A DNA stretch of 58,931 nt, the filler included, from Sphacelaria rigidula (taxonomy: Eukaryota): the NCBI GenBank assembly GCA_964200075.2. It is 8 parts of 8 records of this genome, joined end to end, with 100 filler letters (N's around TTAATTAATTAA, not from the genome) between each part and the next. Parts side by side here need not be neighbours in the genome. Positions count along the whole stretch, not along the records: positions 44,276 to 51,553 come from CAXNAA020015653.1; positions 51,654 to 58,931 come from CAXNAA020015654.1; 6 more parts are not named here. The stretch is one strand, 5' to 3'. A program made the position numbers and the translations under genes. The notes beneath the pieces were generated by a model that saw nothing but the letters and a program-made list of their open reading frames with translations, had not been told where the DNA came from and made no database searches. Shown piece after piece: positions 51,225-58,931 of this stretch; the first letter of the stretch is position 1; every line of letters starts with the position of its first letter.

Positions 51225-51553
51225 CGAGTAGTTCTTTGAGTGCTTACTCAATACTTGAGTAGAGTATATGATATCGTACTTTTGATACTCAAAATTTGAG
51301 TAGAGTATTCGAGATCATACTTTTGATACTCAAAATTTGAGTAGAGTATCTCAGGCGGTACTCAATCTACTCAAAATTTGAGTAGAGTATCAAGGTCATA
51401 CTCAAGCGATACTCAATACTCGAGTAGTGCTGAGAATATTTACTCAATACTTGAGTAGAGTATGAGATATCATACTTTTGATACTCAAAATTTGAGTAGA
51501 GTATTCGAGATCATACTTTCGATACTCAAAATTTGAGTAGAGTATAGAGGCTA
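51225..51553. repeat. hAT subterminal tandem repeat array (~39-40 bp, palindromic TACTCAAAATTTGAGTA core)
   Basis: About 8 units; the same motif occurs at the other contig end. Confidence 0.85.
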
Positions 51554-52599
51554 NNNNNNNNNNNNNNNNNNNNNNNNNNNNNNNNNNNNNNNNNNNNTTA
51601 ATTAATTAANNNNNNNNNNNNNNNNNNNNNNNNNNNNNNNNNNNNNNNNNNNNCGAAAGGGATGCGTGGTCAATGGTCAAATGACTAAGGCAAGCAACAA
51701 ATGAGTACGCCCCCCCCCCAAAAGTGCATGGTTCTGGGAGGCAAAATCTTCACGTAAATCGAAATGGGAAAAGCCGAGCACAACGAGAAGCTGGGAAATC
51801 TCCGCTTGGGTTCGTTCTAGCCAATGTCGCCGATATGAGATGCTTCATGCAGCCTGAACCCGAACATCAGGCGATGTATGGCCATTTTTTTTGTGACACT
51901 TTTAGCTGGTTATGGGGGGGGGCTATCGTAGAAAGTGTCAGTATTTACTTTTTTCTACTCCCTTCCGGTCTGTTTTCATTTGTGTCTTCCCGTTGATCAT
52001 AAGCTCGGTTATATACCTTGTATCGTTCCCGGCTTTATTTTCTCACCTTATAACGTTTGATCTTGATTTTTTGGGGGGGGGACCGCCTTCGCGATTTGTT
52101 TGCCTCGTTTTTTTCGGATCAGAATTTCCCCCTTAGACGCTCATTTTGTTTTCTCTGTTCGGTTCTCCAGTCTGGATTCCATTTGTTCTTTTTCTCTCAA
52201 CCGTTTTGGTTTCTCTTGATTTCGTAGGACCTGATCTTCTTTCTCGTGTCAGTCCTTTTTTCTTTTTCTTTTTTAACTGTTTCCATATTTTATGAATCGT
52301 TTTTTTCGTACTAGGGACGTGGTATGTCCTTCCTAGTCTTCCTTCCTGTTTTATTCTCCTTTCTCCTCTTCTCCTTTGTTGTGGGCCTGGTTCGTTCCTC
52401 CAGCACTATTTTTCAGTTTCTCTTTTCCTCTCACCTTTTACCTCTTCGCGGAGTTGATCTTACTCCGCTCTTTGTTTTATTATCCCGGTTATGCATTCCG
52501 TGGAGATTATTTATTTCTTGGTTTTGTCAGACCTGATCCTGCCCTTTGTTTCATGTACCCGGCTCGTTCATCACGTTTCTTCGTCCTCGGAGAACAGTG

Positions 52600-55005
52600 A
52601 TCCGATTTTAGGGTTCCCCACCCCTTTCGAGTAAAGCATATCATATCGTGGAGTGAGCATGGTACAAAAAGGGTGGGCATCAAGTACCTGCTCGGACACT
52701 GCACCATGACGGAACTGTTGATCTAAGATATAGGAGTCCCCCAGTGTCCAGTAGGTCAGTTGCTGCTGGTCAGTGAGAGAAAAGCCTACGCACTCCCATC
52801 AGCCAGTAAGCGCTTTCTTGGGTTCTTTTTAGCGGGTCAGCTCTTTTTGCGAGTCCTACACTACCCAGGATTGTAAATCAATCAAGGGTGTCTAAGCGCC
52901 GTTACCATCGGAAAATAGTCACCGACCATTCTCCGTGGTTTCTTTTCCCAGTGTAACTGGGATCCCGGGACGACATAGCACATGCGAAAGCACTCGCTAT
53001 GATCCGAAAGGGCGTGGGAGAGTTTTTCCCCAAGCGATGAGGCTTTTTCCTGAAAACCAGGTTTTGGCCATCCTTCCAATTTCGTGACGAGTTTTTCCCG
53101 CGGTTAATCTTAGCCCCGAAATTCTGCGGTTTTCTCGTTGCTACCGTGATCTTAGGCTCATGGCATACCAAGTAGAGGAAATTCCCCCCGGGTGCATTGA
53201 GCTGCGACTTTCCTTACCTTCCATTAGCAGCGTGCACGAAGCAAGGGAGGGGGATGTTACGGCGGATATCGACTGTATGTGTAGTAGGCGTTTTGCAGTA
53301 CGCGTGGCAAGTGCAGTAGGTCTTATTCCATTCGCATGTTGGAGTCGTATTCCAATCGGGCGTCCTTGACCGGAGCCCACCGCCCTCACAACTTCTAGCA
53401 CCCAGCAACTCTCGTTTAGCTACCTAGCTAAGACTAATTAATAACAGAGCTATCAGCCACCACTTGGAGACATCTCGCTTGCAAGTCAGTCAAGAGCAGC
53501 TCTTCTGCACGTGAAAGTGAGTCCATGCTTGGCCTTGCGATGCAGTGCTTATCGGACTCGATGGTCTGTTACTCACGAGCTCAAGGGTCATTCCTCTCGA
53601 TTGCGATTGTTCAATGTGGCCAGCCGCTGACCTCGTGTCACCCCGGGCCGGGCGTGTGCTTTGAGAGTGACGCCAGTATCACCTCGTGATCAGACCACGA
53701 CAAATACACCAGACACGGATCCCACCGAAGTTTTTGCATTTCCCACGTACACTGTCCGCTCCGCTACGGACGAACCATAAGATCCAGAGTCACCACTTGA
53801 TGACGTAGTGGAAGAACAACAGCGAAGAAACCACCATCCGCCGCTGATTACTTGCTACTACGGCCGCCGCGCCCGCGTTCCTGACTGGCACGGCCCCGTC
53901 CACCGTGACGACCGCCCCGAGATCCTGTTGAATGTTGTGCATTGCCCTGTGCCGCGCCTTGAGCGCGAGGCTTGGGGCAGTCCTAAAACCACAGTTGAAA
54001 CACGCGCGAGTGGACGACTCTTGCGAAGACGGCTGCTGTTGCTGTTGCTGTTGCTGTTCGCGGCGAGCATTACTTTCACTTGCCTCAGAATCGCGCCGGC
54101 TATGTGCCTCAATAAATTTCGACTGGTCTGCGGCATCAAATATTGTTTTGAAAACCACCGCCGGGTTCTTTTTCCAACCGTCAGCATACGTTAGAACACT
54201 TCTAACATAGTCCTTGAACTCCGGAGGCGAAATCTCGTCCACCGAAGCTGTGGAAACCGACTCGGCCGGGCCAAGCAACCAACCCCTGTCCCCCGCACGG
54301 TACATGGCTTGCACCGTAAGGTTTTCTGCGAAAAACGTTTCCATCGGTAAACTGACCATCATCGCACGATCCTTCACGGATTTTCTACCGCTTTGTGTCA
54401 TAGTAAGAACTCTACGTAGGTCTGCTGCAGCCCGCGCAGTGTCATGCTTGCCGCCGGTTGTGGTGTACCCGGCATGCTGCTTCACAGCATCTAGCAATTC
54501 GTCGGGGGTCATAGCCCGACGGCCCTTGTACATAATTTCAAAACACCGATGAACGTATGCAGGGATGAGGTGACCTATGCTCATCCTCTCATGCTATACA
54601 CCCTCTTCAGCATTGGCAAGATTTAAACGCTGTATGTAGTCAAGATATTCGGCATGGAAATTTCTTGACCCTCTCGATCCACACTTCGCCATACTCGGGC
54701 GGCTCTAGTGGCTCACCTAACACCAGCGGCGCTGCCGCCGCTTGAGCCATGTCGACTAGAATTCAACACTTCACTGAGAGACTCTTGTGTGACTTGTGCG
54801 TCCTCCAGCCCACGGAGCGTCCCCCACTGCTGTGCGCCTCAAGTTGTCTCTGTCTGCGAGATAAACTGGCTTCCAGCTGCAGCCCACTTTTCTCCTCAGC
54901 CAAAATTCCTCTAACAGAGTGCCGCAAGAATAACTTTTAGATATTACAGCCTCTACCGGACGATCTGGACAAGAGGACCATTCACAAGGGACTCCTCCAG
55001 TACCA
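52600..55005 (-). mobile_element. Degenerate Ty3/gypsy gag-pol remnant
   Basis: Gag-like ORF 53790-54584 with truncated Zn knuckle RACFNCG; RT-like CYVVP...RRMVGDY (~52900-52990); possible PBS TGGTACTGG at 55005. Confidence 0.65.
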
Positions 55006-55089
55006 ATGGCCTCGTGCTAGACAAGCCCTCTCTTTTAACTTGTTATTATCACGGAGTTATCCTCAACAAACTACATCAAGAGCTAGACA

Positions 55090-56150
55090 GCAAGGGGCCA
55101 CACAGATTAGGGTAATCAATTCAGGACCCCCTGTCCCCTGCCACTGCTCCAATCATGCATGCGATTATACTGAAACCTACGGCTTGATATTTGGCTACAA
55201 GTCCGAGCTTCATGATTTCAGCAGGAATACCATCCGGGCTGGTTGGTTTGCCGTTCGACATAGCTCTCAGAGCCTCCTCAGTTTCACTTTGGCTTGGTGG
55301 GTTTCCTAGTGACAGCGCTATCGGTCGTTGAGCAATCTTTTCGATGACGGTTTGGTCGATAGTTGCCGATATGGCGTTCAGCAAGGTTGAACAGTACCGT
55401 TCCCATGACCCACTGATCCACCTTTGTCCCGGAGGGAATTGACCTTCTCATCTCGAACGTACTGCTCACTCTCATTGGTCGTCCAGAAAGTCTCCATCCT
55501 CCGTTGACATGTCTGTACCATCCTCTCATGTCCCCCGCTCAAGTATACTCCTCTAGTTCTCTAGCATACACATCCATATATGTGTCCACCCCAACTTGGA
55601 TCACCTCTTTGACATTTTTGCATGCTGCTCGCAATGTGCGTCATGCAGGTTTATCTCGAGATGATACCGGTCTCGCCGTTGATCTCGCCCTTTCCTTGTC
55701 CACCCAGGCTCGTCCGCATTCCGTTATGATTTCAGCATCCTCGAACCACCCCGGTATACGTGGCTTTCGGGTCAGACGGAGTACCACCTTTTCAGCGGCA
55801 CACAAGAGTACGTCGGCAAAGATCGTAGCCAGTGAACTGACTGTATAACCCGGTATACTCTGTTTGAGCTCGCCGATGATGAGCTAGGTGAGCTGCTCAC
55901 GTCTGAGGTCAGATACTATTGCTCGTCTGTCGATCGGTGTACGCCCAATTGGGATTCGTTTAGGTCTGTTGTGTGCGAAGCAGCCAAGGAGCCGCACTGA
56001 GATGCCCACAATGTTGTGGTCAGCGTCCGGCGGGTTGGGGGGTTCAAGGTGGACAGGGACATTGTGAACAAGCCTGCGGTGATCCTGCCGTGTGAGGGTG
56101 TAGTCAACGCATTTCTTGTCCGCGGGGCGATTCGCAACATCGTTGAGCCT
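55090..56150 (-). mobile_element. Degenerate RTE-like LINE ORF2 fragment
   Basis: LLNA.S.TIDQ...PP..SETEEALRAMSNGKPTSPDGIPAEIMKLG, the conserved pre-RT segment. Confidence 0.8.
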
Positions 56151-57249
56151 TCGCGAGGTTTTCCCCTTGGGGGTGGCAGAGAATGTGTTGACCAGATAGA
56201 AGAAGAATGAAATACCAGTAGTTGGGTGTTGGAGGAAATAAATGCACAGAATTGCCCCTGTGTCAGAGCAATATAAAGTAGAATTTACATAGTAGGATAA
56301 TGTGAACTAGACAGGGAGGAGTAAGTGGTAAACGATTGTGAGGGCGCTAGAGGAGTTTGACGTGATATCGTTTGGTAGATCATGTTGTAGCGAGAAATCG
56401 ATACCTATAGTACGAGATAAATGACCATAGACGGGGGAAGATGGAGGAGATGAGGTTGTTGGAATTTTACACACAGCCTGTAACCTCGCTGTATGTTCCG
56501 TTTTTCGGATTTCGACTCTGACTATTGCCGAGATAGCCCCCCCACAAAACGTGCACCGGAGACCGTCCGACAAACCGGCTGCGATCCCACTTTTGGGCTC
56601 GTTTACAGTAATTTCGCCCACATGAGGGGCGTATAGCAGTCCGAAATCAGCCAAAACTTCCACATGAGTCGCGTCGTGCAGCACGAGACCAGCTTTAACG
56701 ACATTTATGATAATCGCCTCCGTGCACGTTTTTGGCCGGTTCGGGGGGGGCTGTCTCGGCAGCCTCTGTAGCAAATAACGGTATCATTTGCGACAATTCA
56801 ACAAAACCACGAACCATGTACTGTAGTGCCGTGTCATGTGTATCTTTGATTGAACATATCCTTCACGTTTAGCCACGTAGTACATAGAACACTATCTAAG
56901 AGGGGTGTTGCCATGGGGTTTTACACAATAGTGTCCTGTGCAAGAGTAACTAGGTCGCATAGCTTGTAGTAGATCTAGTGTCAAGAGCTGGCAAGACTAA
57001 TACATCATTGTTGCACTGAATGATATTGTTTGGCACACGCACGTGCACGGATTTTGCTTTTGGTTACAAGATTGCGAGAGACGATTGGACCCAGCTATCT
57101 CGGCCCCATTGTTGTCACTCTCCTTTGTTCCCTTCAGCTCTCTGCTTAAAAAAGTGACTGCGTTTTTTCTGTGTTGGTCAAGTAAAGCGCCAGTAAAAAC
57201 CACCGTCTTTTCTTTTTCTCTTGCCGCAGAAGCAAGTGGTCTAACAATC

Positions 57250-58536
57250 ACTGGTGCACCTCTACCACAACACCACTGTCTAGTGCGGCAGTAGATGGTC
57301 TTTCACCCAAGACAGCGCTACAAAATACGATGATTTTCCAACAAAGATATCAAGGTTCTTGTGCATGCATGGAGAACGTATTGAGCGCCCAAATGTTGGA
57401 GGTGTTTCTTGTAGAAGTTGAAACGATACTTCGTCTTGAAAGGTACGTGCGTGTTCAATGGTCGAGTAACCAAGGGAAGCAACAAACGAGTACACCGCCA
57501 TTCCCCCCTATCGTAGAATGACGTTTCTGCAGGAAGCCAGACCACCAAGAGAGAGACTGCGTCGCGTGGGAAGCCGTCCAACTTGTGGACGGGGGGCGCG
57601 GCAAGGCGAACGGGGGGGGCGCGGCAAGCCACTATGGTGCTCGCTCCACATAGCTAGCATTCACAGCGAAGAAAAAACTGTCCTGAAGAGGCAAAGAAGT
57701 GGAAACGCGCGCGAAAACATCCCCAGTCAGTGAAAAGCCCACCCTGCGGTCCCACGGTAGACGCGAACCCCCTCCGGTCATCTCTTTCAATATCATGGAA
57801 GCACCGACCAAGAGCAATCATACGAAAGCGGGAAAGTTTTGGCGATTCGCTTCCACCAACGGACATGTCGCCTCCTTCGATTGCAGCGGCTATTTGGAGC
57901 CTCTGGAGGGGCAACGATGAGGACGCTGTGCAGTCCACTCTCATGATATAAGGAGGGCCAGTTGAGGACCTGGGGCTTCGGGGCCGAGCCAATAACATGC
58001 TGCGGGTGACATGAAGCGCTATCAACATGAGCGCCGTATCTTGGCGACAGTGACCGTAATACATTACGTCTGACTGATATTCCGTAGCCCGATCTATCAC
58101 CGTGTAACATTGAACAACAACACCGACAGCTCGCCTGAAACATCTGATTGCATAACCGACGAGGAGGATGGGGTGACTCTTGCAGTGCGACCATCCTTAG
58201 GAGAGTGGGACGGCGACCAGGACTGTACAGCCAGCGTAATGGTGGGCAGTGAATGAAGCGTCTGGACGCTGCTTCGACCATATTGAGGCACAACGTTTTC
58301 AACTATCAAGAGTTCGCTATACTGCCGAACACCACAACCTCAGCAGGACGTCAACTAGCGTGAGTTGGCCAGTGACTCCCGCCCGGGCACATCGTCGACG
58401 GCGAACGCTCAACGCCTGTTCCAGATCTAATACCTTGTCGTCCCTGGCTTGGGGCGGAACCTGCTCTTGGTTGAGCAAGCGACGCGCAAGGCGTACTCAT
58501 CTTCGATATGGATACAGTAGTCAACATCAGAAGTAG
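57250..58536 (+). mobile_element. Degenerate Ty1/copia gag-protease remnant
   Basis: KPLWCSLH...HS (gag Cys/His motif, ~57630) and protease-like ASGRCFD ... VVPGLGRNLL.V.QATRK (~58255-58490). Confidence 0.55.
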
Positions 58537-58931
58537 GCAGAATCCGTAATTTCTTACTTTCTCAAAGATTGTCCACATTTGTTTTGCTTGCCAGCGCTCA
58601 TCACGGTGACTGTTGGATGCCAAAAAATGGGAATCTGGAGATATTTTGATCCTCTTGACAAATATTGAAAGAAAACATATCTGCGATCAATATTGAGTGA
58701 CTTACGGGCTTGACCGATCTTCGGGGGTCCTGCGGAAATACGATCCCAGGCTCTTCGGTGTTTTCGGTGGACCGATTCGATCCAGATTAAATACGTGAAG
58801 ACTCAAAAAGGATCGTTTTCTTGAAATTCCACCTAGTCCCTACGCTAAAGCAGGAAAACTATGTTTCTTGGACCATTTACGGTCAATAATATCCTCCTGG
58901 TAAACGGGGTCTTTACCCGGTATCGCCCCAC

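Larger units (their letters stand above)
44276..51553 (-). mobile_element. hAT-superfamily DNA transposon occupying the whole contig
   Basis: Spliced transposase flanked on both sides by TACTCAAAATTTGAGTAGAGTA subterminal repeats (44276-44460, 51225-51553); the minus-strand 5' end starts TAG. Confidence 0.9.

Noticed and set aside
51225-51553. CRISPR-like palindromic repeats
   Set aside because: The intervening segments are themselves repetitive rather than unique spacers, there are no cas genes, and the same motif flanks the other end of a hAT transposase.

Overview
Eukaryotic, intron-rich and transposon-rich DNA. It is most likely a brown alga (Phaeophyceae), inferred from a 72-nt single-repeat LRR exon, a WSC exon and the intron style. 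The window is not one locus. It is eight contigs of 7280, 7280, 7280, 7279, 7278, 7278, 7278 and 7278 bp joined by 100-nt N spacers containing TTAATTAATTAA, i.e. a size-sorted artificial concatenation, so nothing should be linked across the gaps. Contents by contig: (1) the 3' end of an LRR gene; (2) a MITE with an internal tandem array, SINEs and the first exon of a secreted WSC-domain gene; (3) a decayed IS630/Tc1-like transposase; (4) a decaying multi-exon gene encoding at least 8 tandem knottin-like (C-x6-C-x5-CC-x4-C-x8-C) modules with Pro/Thr linkers and all-phase-1 introns; (5) a probable Harbinger/IS5-like remnant, a tandem duplication and a 2.1-kb element with ~550-630 bp TIRs; (6) a kinesin motor exon, an internally deleted Ty3/gypsy element with both LTRs and a LINE 3' part; (7) an apparently intact, 5-exon, 865-aa hAT transposase element carrying nested MITEs in an intron; (8) gypsy, LINE and copia remnants. 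No CRISPR array, rRNA or genuine tRNA gene was found. The best candidate for something undescribed is the modular poly-knottin gene.
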